A stretch of DNA of 64,000 bases from the human T2T-CHM13v2.0 reference genome, Homo sapiens: assembly GCF_009914755.1 (NCBI RefSeq), contig NC_060930.1; one strand, written 5' to 3'. Below the pieces are notes generated by a model, which was not told the origin of the DNA, searched no databases, and saw nothing but the letters and a program-made list of their open reading frames with translations. Shown one piece after another: positions 41,462 to 64,000 of this stretch. Both the position numbers and the translations under genes were made by a program. Each line of letters begins with the position of its first letter. Within the stretch, counting starts at the first letter, position 1.

Positions 41462-44400
41462 ATGAAATTAATTTTATATTTAGCCCAGTATGTCTAAAAT
41501 GTTATTTAAACATATAATCAATATAAAATTATTAATGCGACATTTTATATACTATGTTTTCATATGAGGTCTTCAAAATTTGATGGCTCAATGGGCACAT
41601 TGAGCCTACCGTTTCAATGTGGCTACTGTTTCAGAGAGTGCAGGTTGAGAGAGAAAGGAGAGGGGAACAAGACCCATGCCCTGCCCAAGGTGCCAGCACC
41701 CTTCTCTCCTCCTTCCCACTGAGAGCTCAAACTCCAGGTCCCTTCCCTTCCATCTCCCCATCCAGTCTTCCTCTAGCTCTCCCAGCCTCCCAGCATTCCA
41801 GACAGCAGTGGGCAAGCGTGGGAGGCGAGAAGACAGCTAAATCTGGGGCTGAAGACAGAAGATAGAGGATGTGTCTTGGTCCGGGGACCCTCCCCCATTT
41901 GCCCATTCCTGCACCCTTGCACTCCTGCCCTGAGATCTGCTGGAGGAAAGCCCAAATGGGGCTGCTGGCACCTAGTTCCTCCTCCAGGCAGTTTCCCATC
42001 AGATGTGCACCCTCACGACTCAGTGCACTGGGTAGTGGCCGGTGGGAGGGAACACTCTGAACCAGCAAAGGCGTCCTTGGCAGAGGGAGGGACCAGATGG
42101 TGCTTCCCAGCCTGCCAGGCATCTCAAGGAGGAAAAGCCTGGTTGAGAGGCGGGTGGCAGGGAGAGAGATAGTGCGGGAAAGATATCTAGGTATTGTGAC
42201 ATCCCCTATGCAAATCAAATGCAAATTCACACACAGATTGTGTCCAGAATTGTGGAATAACCAGATAGTGCTTTTTGACTAATGGCATCTCAGAGTGTAG
42301 GGCTGGAGGGGGTTGCTGCTTAGTGGTACCGGCTGACTTTGCATTTCTGGCTTTGTCAGTTATGTGCTTTGTGACCTTGGCCAAGTTACTTAACCTATCT
42401 GAGCTTCAGTTTCCTTATCTGTGAAACTGGATAATAATATCTTCCTACATGGGCTGTAGTGGAGATCCCCCTGAGATAATGGTCGGTTAATATTGATCAT
42501 TGTAAAGCATACAGGGTGTGTGGAGAGTGAAGGTACTATGAGGGGCAGGGGTCTGAGGCTGCAGAGACCACATCCAGGAGACCTGCTTCTTGAGTGCTGA
42601 CCTGAGATGGTATCTTTGGGTGAGTGCAAAGTTTCTGAGGCCCTTCCCTATTTCCAGGAGCGATGTGAAGGGCAAGGAGGCAGGGTGGTGTTGGGGGCTC
42701 ATAGACAGTACAACAGAGGCAAAGGAGGAAGGTCAGAGGCAACAGGCCAGCCCAACTCCTGCTTGGTTTTGGCCTAAAACATTCTATAATTTCCCTTGGT
42801 CCCAGATATGTCCCTGGACACCCATGGGCCACACCCAGGGAGCAGGACCAGGCTTGGCAGGGGGAGCCCCAGGTTGCTGGTGTGCATTGCCCTGGAGTTG
42901 ACTCTTTAGTCATTCCTCACAGCACCATCCAGCTTCACCATACTGGCAGGCAGTCCCTTCTCCTTCTTCTCCTGGGGAGCCACACCTGGGAAACCCCACC
43001 TGGGGCCAGGTGGGATGCCTCTGCAATCAGGTGACTCTAGTCCCACCGTCTAGCACCTCACTTTCAGGACCTGGAGTTCTTCCTACGATCTGGTCCTAAT
43101 TGGTCTTGCTGCTGTTTTGTGCCTGCAGCCTGCCTCTGGGCATGACACAGCAGGACCCATCGGGGCATGTTCCAGGGCCCTGAACCAACTTCTCAGAAGG
43201 AAGGGGCAGGGCCTCGCTCCATATCACATGGCTGCCGTGTGCATGGCTGGTATAAAAATGAGCCCCTACTACCTTCAGCCTTTATAGGAACATCCATACC
43301 ATAAGGCCTGATGTCATTTTAAGGCAAATGTTGAAAAAATTAATTGCATAAGATCAGAGTTGATAATTTTCAGTTAATCATCTCTTGATTTTTTAAAAAT
43401 GGATATCACAAAAATATTTTGGCAGGCAAATTATTACCAGACACACAAGATTCTTCTAAGGAGGATTTTAGTTCTAAGTGTTTAAAAAAATCTACTTTTT
43501 AAACTAACAACATAGAAAACAAAGTATATTTAAAAGGATAACGAGCAAAACTAACTCCTTGCTGCCCCGCTGTCACTGTTATGAGGATGTGGAGTATGGC
43601 TCCTCCCTTGGCAGGTCGCCTTCTGACCCCTGCCCTTGGGGGACACCCTTTGGCGTGCCACTCTCTTGGCTCTCCTCCTACTTTCCGACCATTCTTTTTC
43701 CAAAAGTCTTCACCACAGACTTCTCTCCCTCTGCCCATCTCTCACGTGCCAAGGTCCCTCAGAATTCCGCCATGGTCGTCCACTCATTCCTTCTGATGGG
43801 TTCTAGCTTTCACCTCTTCCAGGTGGGGTTTCCCAGCTGTGACATCCCAGGAGAAGCAGAGGGTACTGTTACCAGGATGGTGAGGCTAGGGGGTGGTGGT
43901 GTAATGCCAGACTCTCCTACATCTGCATTCCAGACTCAAGTCCACTGGGATGCTGCCTAGGTCCCTCAAACTCAATCCATCCAGATGCCGGCACCAGAAA
44001 CCAGGGAGTCACCTCTCTCTCTTTCAGCCCTCCCGCCCCACCCCACCATCTAGTTACTGATTCAGTTTTGTCTCCCACCCAGGCAGCCTCTCCTTTCCTG
44101 CTGCTGCCTTAGCTCAGGGCCCCAGTGTCTGTCTGGATCACAGCTTCAGCTGTTAGGCATGTGGTCTGTGGCATCCAGTCTGGTTCTCTCACATCTAGCC
44201 TTCACACAGCCGCTGTGGCAGGCTCCATGTAAGCCCTCTAGCAGCTCACCACTGCTCACTGGGTAAAATCCAGCCTCCTCACCTTGGTGTGTAAGGCCCT
44301 CCGTGGCTGGACACCTTGTTGGAAATAAGCTCCTCTTTGCATCTGGGACATTGCAGCCCAGTTCATGCTGCCCAGCCCTTGCTCAAGTTGTTCCCTCTGA

Positions 44401-45429
44401 AATGCCTTTCCCACCACCTCAGCCAGGGAAAGGGACAATCACTGGTCTTCTGAGTCTGAGCTCAAGCACCACTTCCTCTCTGAAGGCAAGGTGCTTCTTT
44501 GTCCCTGATACCCCAAAACAACCCCTCCCGTTGTCAGACCCCATCTTTCCAGTACCTGCATCACTCCAGTAACCTGACTGCCCACCCGTTCCCCACACCC
44601 ACACTAGACTGTGAGCTTCTTGAGGTGTAGGGGCTGTCTCCTCCTCATTTTTGTCTCCAATTTCTAGCCCAGTGGTAGGTCTGCTTTAGGCGAGGTAGCT
44701 GGTGTTTGGGGTGGCTCCACTGGCTTCTGATAATAGATTCTGGCCAAAAGGAGTGTCTATTGGTCAGGGCAACTTGTTGGGGGGTGGCTATCTGATATAA
44801 GCCAATCGGAGTCCTTCTTGAGATTTGTCCAAGTGGAGGGAGACAGGACATATGTCCTTGAAGGATCTGGATCTCCTGCTGCTGGAAGTCATTTCTCTCC
44901 ACACGTACAAGGTCTGTTTGCGGCGGGAGGGAATCAAGCCTGGGGGAGACCAGCAGAAACGATAGATAGACAGAGACAGCATCCTGGTATCTTCAATCCC
45001 CATGCCTAGTTCTGGAGGCTCCCAGAGCTGTCTGGCTCTTTGGCAGTGCCTTCAGCTCTGAGAGCTAACTTGGCAGCCTTCTAATAAGTCCCTTTGCCAA
45101 AGCTAAGAGTTGGGTTTCTACTCCTTTTGACCAAAAGGTCCTGCCCCATTTTGACCAAAAGGCTCACAGTTTGGTGAGTGAAAATATGGGAAAAATCCTC
45201 AATCAGTAGATGAAAGAGTTCAATGGGATAGCTGAGAATGGCCAAAGGCCCCCAGGTTATTACTCACAGGACCTGATTCACTCCTGTGGCCTCTTCCTCT
45301 CTTGACTACATTGAGCCTCTAGTCTCACATCCCATCTCTCCAGGGCTGGGACAGTATCAGCACCTTACAACTGTCCAGCACTTAACAGTTACAAGGTCCT
45401 TTCAAGGTCCTTTCAGAACTATCCTCTCA

Positions 45430-45588
<159 letters not shown>

Positions 45589-46102
45589 TCATGTGACTCT
45601 TCAACCACCCTATAATGGAGCTAGGATGGGCTTTCTTATCCCCATTTTACAGATGAAGAAACAAGGAAACAGGAAATGACTGGCCCTAAAACACCTATGA
45701 GAGCTGGGGCCAGCGTCTGAGGGCAGGTCTCCTACCTCTAGCCACAATACACTACCCCTCCACAGTCACTCAGTATGTCCCCCTCCCCTCACTGTTCCTG
45801 CCCTCCACTAGGCAAGAAGAAAGCATATTCTTGCTCCTTGGGAAGTGGGGAGGGCCTCCCCGGGCTAAGTGCGCTCCCAGGCCTTTGGCACTCCACTAGG
45901 GGAATTTCACGGCCCTAATGTACAGTCTTCATCCCTGTTAGGGTAAATGCATTTTCCCCCTAAATGAAACAAAATTTAATATCAATACTTGTATGCCTAT
46001 ATCCATATGTTAACCTTGAACTGCTTTTTAAAAACATATCTCATCATTTTAGGTCAAACAAAAGCATAGTAAATCATAAAATGTATACTGACACTAATGT
46101 AG

Positions 46103-46402
<300 letters not shown>

Positions 46403-46583
46403 TAATGTAGCAAACTTTTTAAAAAGTAGAAGTTGTAATATATTGTTTCTGACAGTTTAAGTGTGCAGAAATTACATATATAATACACATGACTATATAT
46501 AAGATATCAGGATATATGTATTCCACACCTTAGTGTGAATGAGTTTCAGATACAAAAAGCAAAGTTAGAAAAGGGGCAAGGGA

Positions 46584-46933
46584 GGCGGGATATGGTGGCT
46601 CATGCCTGTAGTCTTAGCACTTTGGGAGGTCGAGGAGGGTGGATTACCTGAGGTCAAGAGTTCAAGACCAGCCTGATCAACATGGTGAAACCCCGTCTCT
46701 ACTAAAAATACAAAAATTAGCCAGGCATGGTGGCACATGCCTGTAATCCCAGCTACTTGAGAGGCTGAAAGAGGTGGTTTATAAGATAATTAGGGGAAAA
46801 AAATGAAGGTTGAACCCAGGAGGCAGAGGTTGCAGTGAGCTGAGATTGCGCCACTACACTCCAGCCTGGGCAATGAGAGCACAACTCTGTCTCAAAAAAA
46901 AAAAAAAAAAAAAAAGAAAGAAAGAAAAAGAAA
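46584..46933 (+). mobile_element. AluS-like element with a non-Alu internal insert
   Basis: Alu text interrupted at 46769-46809. Confidence 0.88.
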
Positions 46934-49023
46934 GGAGGCAAGGAGAATAACCACAGAAAGGAGAGGAGGTGGGGAGTGGGTAAAGGAGAAGACAGGAGTC
47001 TGAGAGAGCTCTGCCTGTTTCACAGGTTGGTCTTAGTCTGGCCTGGCAGTCATCAGCCTGCAGCTGAGGGTGCAAGTAGGTGGCACTATCTTCCCTGGGA
47101 GCCTGCAGGGATGGGTGGATACCCAATAGCTGGGGGCCCCGGGCACATGGACAGTCCCCAAGGACCCACAGAGGGCAGTCCTGGAGGTGGCTGAAGGGTC
47201 ACCTTCCTCTCCGGAGCTTTCTTTCCCTGGGAACCTGTTGGGCCAGTCAGAGAATCCCAGAGTTTGAAGACTAGGAGCACGTTCAAGACTCCAGTCTTGA
47301 ACATGGGCAGGGCAGGAATCCTGACATTCCAGAGAGGTCAGGGCCACCAGGAGTGGGTACGTCTTGTGCCACCACCTGGTGTCTCCATCCAAGGATGTGC
47401 TGCGCTCTCAGAGGGGGAAAGTGGGAGAGTGGGGACACGTGCAGTGGACTTTCACTTCTCTGGGGCCTGCCTCACCAGCTTGTTTGGCTTCACATGGTTG
47501 TGTCTCTAACCTGGGACCACAGTCCCCAGGGAAAGGCCAATCCTCCTCCCCTGGGCCCCTACTCTGCATCCTCAGGACCAGGGTCCAGGGTCCTGAAATC
47601 ACACACAGGGAACAACGTCTATACCAGGACATTAACTCAAAGGATTGGGTGTGGACTGCTCTTTCCATGCCCAAGCACAGGTAATAGAAAGTGACAAGAT
47701 GTTCCAGTTTGGCCAGGGTTGTCCTCATTTCTGATGGCTTGAATCTGGTGGACAGGTGTTCTGGGAACCATACCCTTGGCTATATATAGCTATGATTTAT
47801 TGAGAGCTCTAGGCCTTCAATAACATGTACATAGCAGGAGGCAGGACAGCAGCTGGCTAAGTACTCAGGAGTTGTGCTGCTGCCTCAAGTCAAATCTCCA
47901 CGGTGCCCCCCACTATCTGTGCAACCTTGGGCAGGTCCCCACTTGCCTCAGTTTCTTCATCTATAACGTGGGGACAGTACTTAATAGTATCTATTTCATA
48001 GGATTACTCAGAAGATTAAGGAGCTAATGTGTGTGAGACATTTCATATAGTGCTGGGCCCAGAGCCAGCACTCAAGATGTGTGTTAGATATTGTAGTGAA
48101 GATGCTAGATACCTTACTACATAATTTTATTAAAATCTCAAATTAATTATTGAGGATTATTATTTAACACTATTGTCCCCATTTCACAAATGAGGAAACT
48201 GAAACTTAGAAAGCTTAAGTAACTTACTAAATGTCACTAGCTAGTAAGTGGAGAAGCTGAGGTTTTAGTTTGTGTCTGTCTAATGCTCTTACTTCCATGA
48301 GATGCTGGGGTTGCTTATAAATTGCTCCCAACTCAGTCATTCATAGCACTTTTCCAGTGGGTCTCCCACTTTCTCCAGCTCATGAGCTCTCTTGTTCACC
48401 AATATGGAGCCCAGGGTTATACCCTTGGTGCTGACCTAAATAGTCCAGGCTCCCTCTTCCAGTTCACTGCTGGGTATAGGAGACTTCCGCAAGGCTGGAC
48501 CACTGCCTGCATCCTTTGGAGGGTGCAAGGAGCCCAACAGAGTGCTGCAGAGTGGTGCTCTCCTGCCCCTGGCATATTCCCTCCACAGGAAGTCTCAGGT
48601 CTTCTCCATCCTTCCTCAGGTCCCCAGCTAAATCTAACCATTCTGGGTAGGAGCTCCTTCCACCTGCCCTAATGGGAACACGAGGAAGATGCTGTAGGTT
48701 TGCATTCTCACCTTCTTGTGCATCACAGTTCTGGTCCTCAACTGTCCCCTCCTCCCTTCCTCTTTGGGCAGACAGCGCCTCTGTGCCCGGGACACTTCCC
48801 CAGGAGCTGGCTTTGCACCCACTGCTCTGACTGCCTTCTCTGCCTTCTCAGCCGCTCCCACCCCAGATCCCCTCAGGAGAGCCCTCCTCTGTTCTCAGGG
48901 CTCTGGGCTTTTGTCTACAGCCACCTCCATATCCTTCATGCCCACCATGTCTTACTTTGGGGTAAGTCACTCCCAAGTTGGGAATTCCACTTGTGGAAGG
49001 GCAAAAAACTTTCTCCAACTGAG

Positions 49024-49142
49024 CCTGGACTTGGGCTTGGACTTGGGCTGGGTGAAACCGCCAGTTCACTTACCACAGCCCCTGGACTTGGGCTTGGACT
49101 TGGGCTGGGTGAAACCGCCAGTTCACTTACCACAGCCCCTGG
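49024..49142. repeat. Perfect 57-bp tandem duplication (2 copies plus 5 bp)
   Basis: CCTGGACTTGGGCTTGGACTTGGGCTGGGTGAAACCGCCAGTTCACTTACCACAGCC at 49024-49080 and 49081-49137. Confidence 0.95.
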
Positions 49143-49379
49143 GCTGGCCTCCTCCCAACTCCTGACCACTCAGGTCTGTTGTCTCAAAAGTGACTCCAGC
49201 GGCTCTGGAGTCTCCCACCCCTCCTCCCTACCTTCAGCTCAGACACCCCAGCAGAGAAGCTCAGCTCCAAAGGCCAGGAGTCCCTCCCCCATCCTACCTG
49301 GGGTGTAGAGGCGCTGGCTTCTCCTTGGTAACCCAGGGAAACCGGCAGTGCAGTGGGAGGTAGGGAGATGAGGAAGCTT

Positions 49380-50130
49380 CCGCACCCGCGGGAGGGATTA
49401 CAGCCCTCGGGTGATGGGAACGGACGGCCTTTCGGAGAAGCCTAGGGCCCCAGGGCTTGGGACCGCTCTCCTCCACGCCCTACGGATGCCCCACTTTCCC
49501 CCTCTTCTTCCCAGTCCCTCCCCTCGCCTCACTCGGATCCCCAGCCCCGGGCCAGACGGTTTGCAGACAGTGACTGTGGTGGGGAGGAGGCGCGGGGCGT
49601 CCTCGCGTGGAGGGCGTGGGGTCTCCCGTGGGTACGGACCGGCGCTTCCCCGCCACGGAAAACGCAACCCAGGCAATGGCCGCCCGTGGGCTTCGGGCCG
49701 GTGTGGGCAGAGGACGCTAGAGGGGCTCCCGGGCCCAGCCGGCCAGAGGGGGCCCCGATAAGGGAGACCGGGGCTGGGTGTCCCCACTCCCGGAGGTCGC
49801 CTCACCCGCTCCGGGAGCCCCGGCGCTCGCCTCACGCAGAGTCCCGCGCGCCGGCGCAGGTCTTTGTCGTTGGGGACGCCCCGCGTTGCTAGGAGCGGGC
49901 CGGGCGGGGAGGACGAGCGCGCCGCTGCTTCCTCCGCTGCCGCTGCCGCTGCGCGCCAGGCACGCGGCTTACTCGCGCGCAGGGTGGCCAGGCCCGGCCT
50001 CGGGACGGTTCCGTGGAAGCGGCCGCTTTGCGGGTAGTGGGACTGTGGCCTTGCGCTATGCCCTGTGCTTCCGTGGGACGTGTCTAGGAACGGGTGGGCT
50101 TTCTGCGGGAGGCGGGGGTCGGGCAGGGCT
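49380..50130. promoter_or_regulatory. CpG island, likely TCTE1 promoter / non-coding exon 1
   Basis: CpG-dense; lies upstream of TCTE1 on the - strand; candidate donor CGG|GTGAGG near 49805; X-box-like motifs. Confidence 0.7.
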
Positions 50131-51408
50131 GCTGGTCTGGAGTGCTTGTGCTCTTGGTAGCTTTTGTGTGGCAATGGATAGGGAGCTGGTCCAGGAAAAG
50201 CGTCTGTGGAAGATGAGGAGGGTGGACGCACCTTCTCCAAGGCACCTGTAGAAGTCACTGGAACTCCCGTGAGGCCTCCTGTTGACCTTAGGCCCTGCGG
50301 GAGGGAGGGCACCTTCCACCTTTCCCCCAGCTGAAGGTCTGGTACCAGACGCAGGAAGGTTCCAGGCCAACACAGCGCTCCTTCACACAGTCCATGCCCT
50401 GTGCCAAACTCTCTTCCAGCCCTGGCGCGACAAGATGTGGTTGGGGCCCCAGATCTCCTGGAGGGCGAGAGGGACAGACCAGAGGGACGGCTAGTAAAAA
50501 AAAGAAATTGGCCTTCAGGAAGGGAGAGGCAGCCAGGGTGGCGGGGCTTTCAAAGGGTAGCTTTGACTTCAGCTCTGCCGAGGACTACTAGTTGGTTACC
50601 CTGGATGAACATCTCGAAGCTCTGTTAACTCATCAATAAATCAGGGGTGCCAAAACTCATCTTGGCGCTCGCAGAGGAGCTTGAACCTGGGCCTGTGGTG
50701 AGCACTGCTAAACAGGCTACTGCCCCAGTGGCCAGGATGCTGCTTTGCAAGCAGTGAGGGGCCAGGCACCCGGGATTGGGTCCCTTCAAGCCCTCAGCAG
50801 TGCCTTACCAGCAAATCATCAGTGCCTTAATTAGAATGAGAAACTGCAGAAAATGATGCCAGGCGGGCCCACGCTGCTCGAATAATTTTTACTAGACAGA
50901 ATTTGGTAGCCAGGGAGCCCTTGATTTGAAGATGGATCCCCTGAGGCCCTTTCCTTCATCTAGCAACAGAGATCTAGGAACAAAGGCAGAGGTCCAAAGT
51001 CTGGCTGTCTGAGGTGGACTCATTCTGGTAGGGAAGGAGGGCTTTCCTCCATCTCTTTGCTTCCTCCTGCTTTGAAGTGCCAATTTTCAGCTTCAGCTCA
51101 GGCTTGAGGCAGGTGCTGTACAACTTGTTTTAATAAGCATATTGTTTGTCTGACCCCGCTCTCCAGCCTCCTCACCTGCCCCTATCCCAGCTCACTGCTC
51201 AGTGGCACTGGCCACCTCACGGCCTCTGCATTGGCTGTTCCCTCAGGCTGGAATGCTTTTCCCTGATTTCCACACGGGTCACACCCTCACCTCCCAGCTC
51301 CCTGCTCACATGTCACCTCTTGGTGAGGGAATACCACCATCCACACTCCTGATCCCCATTCTCTATTTCCCCCCCAGACCTCATCACCATCTGACACTTT
51401 CTCCCTTC

Positions 51409-51709
51409 TTTTTTTAAGACAGGGTCTCACTCTGTTGCCTGGAGTGCAGTGGTGCAATCATAGCTCACTGCGGCCTTGAATTCCTGGGCAAAGTGATTTT
51501 CCCACCTCAGCCTCCCAAGTAGCTGGGACCAAGGTGTGGGTAGTCTCAGCTACCTGGGAGGCTGAGGCATAAAGATTACTTTTTTTTTTTTTTGTAGACA
51601 GGGTCTTGCTGTTTGCGCAGGCTGGTCTTGCACTTCTGGCCTCAAGCGATTCTCCAACCTCAGCCTCCTAAAATGCCAGGATTATAGGCATGAGCCACCA
51701 AGCCTGACC
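51409..51709 (-). mobile_element. AluJ-like element with an internal inverted segment, downstream of the AARS2 stop
   Basis: Antisense Alu text containing a sense-oriented piece at 51541-51568. Confidence 0.85.
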
Positions 51710-52116
51710 CTCTTCTTTTGCTTTATTTCCTGTTTCCTCCACATGAAGCAGGCTCCATGAAGGAAGGAACTGTCAGTTTAGTGCCCGCCACGTTCTCAGT
51801 TGCTCAATTCATCAACAAACCAGCAGGGCCCAATTTAAATTAGAGGTCATTGTTAATGAAAGAAGTAATAGCAAAGAAGGTCTCCAGTGCTGAAATGATT
51901 TTCACAGGATGGTTCTGTATCTTCCCAGTAGCCAGGGAGCCCTTTGTCTGCCCACTGTTGCCTGGCACGCAGAGCCTGTCCGAACACTCATGGCAATGAA
52001 GATGGCCCGATTTGGATCCTGGGTGGCCTTTCAGACAGTGTGAGTTCAGACTGGTCTTAGGGCACCCATACCAGGTTGCTGGGAGGGGCAAAACTACTCT
52101 TTTTTAAAGGTAATAG

Positions 52117-52442
<326 letters not shown>

Positions 52443-52710
52443 AGTGAAATAATTTCTAATGTGCAGTCACAGCCATAATTGTCCATGTCTTCTCTTTCAC
52501 CAAGGGGGTGTGTGTCTTTGGGCCCAGTTCTGCCTTCCCTAGCCCATGTCTCCTTGTGTCATGTAGGCCCTGGCCCAGGTGATCTTCTTTGGCTCAGCTG
52601 CTTGGCCTCCAGCCTCTAGTCCTCGCTTCAGCATGTGGGAAGGTTCTGCTGGCTCCTTCAGGGCTCCTGGCATTGCCTTTAGTCCATGTGGGTCCCTGGG
52701 CGGACCTGGG

Positions 52711-63895
<11,185 letters not shown>

Positions 63896-64000
63896 CTAAG
63901 TCCTATCTTCTTTCAAGTCCCAGACCAAGTCCCACTTTCACATGAAATTCTCTGCCTACTCTAGCCTAGAGTGATCTTTAACTCCAGTAAGCACCTTAGC

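Noticed and set aside
49024-49142. Repeat considered as a CRISPR-like array
   Set aside because: Two contiguous copies with no spacers, in a eukaryotic genome.
48700-50312. ORFs of 150-300 aa around the 57-bp duplication and the TCTE1 CpG island
   Set aside because: No recognisable domain; explained by GC content and an in-frame repeat.

Overview
Human-type (primate) genomic DNA that I recognise as the gene-dense chr6p21.1 cluster. In order: HSP90AB1 (+, all 11 coding exons; window starts in intron 1), SLC35B2 (-, with MIR4647 in its 3'UTR), NFKBIE (-), TMEM151B (+), TCTE1/DRC5 (-) and the 3' part of AARS2 (-, exons 3-22). I traced every coding exon by hand. All junctions are GT-AG and the spliced lengths are intact (724, 432, 361/500, 566 and 501 aa; AARS2 c.436-2958). 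The rest is CpG islands, Alu/MIR/L2/MLT/MER repeats and microsatellites. I found no new gene system. The best second-look items are: (1) a 48-bp micro-inversion between two inverted Alus in AARS2 intron 5, shown by swapped target-site duplications; (2) an upstream overlapping 79-aa ORF that reads the TMEM151B GGC repeats as poly-Arg/poly-Gly; (3) a fold-back hairpin inside an Alu downstream of the AARS2 stop; (4) an NF-kB/CRE/IRF motif cluster in NFKBIE intron 1; (5) a perfect 57-bp tandem duplication carrying a splice donor in TCTE1 intron 1. Repeat family names and variant identities come from recall, not database searches.
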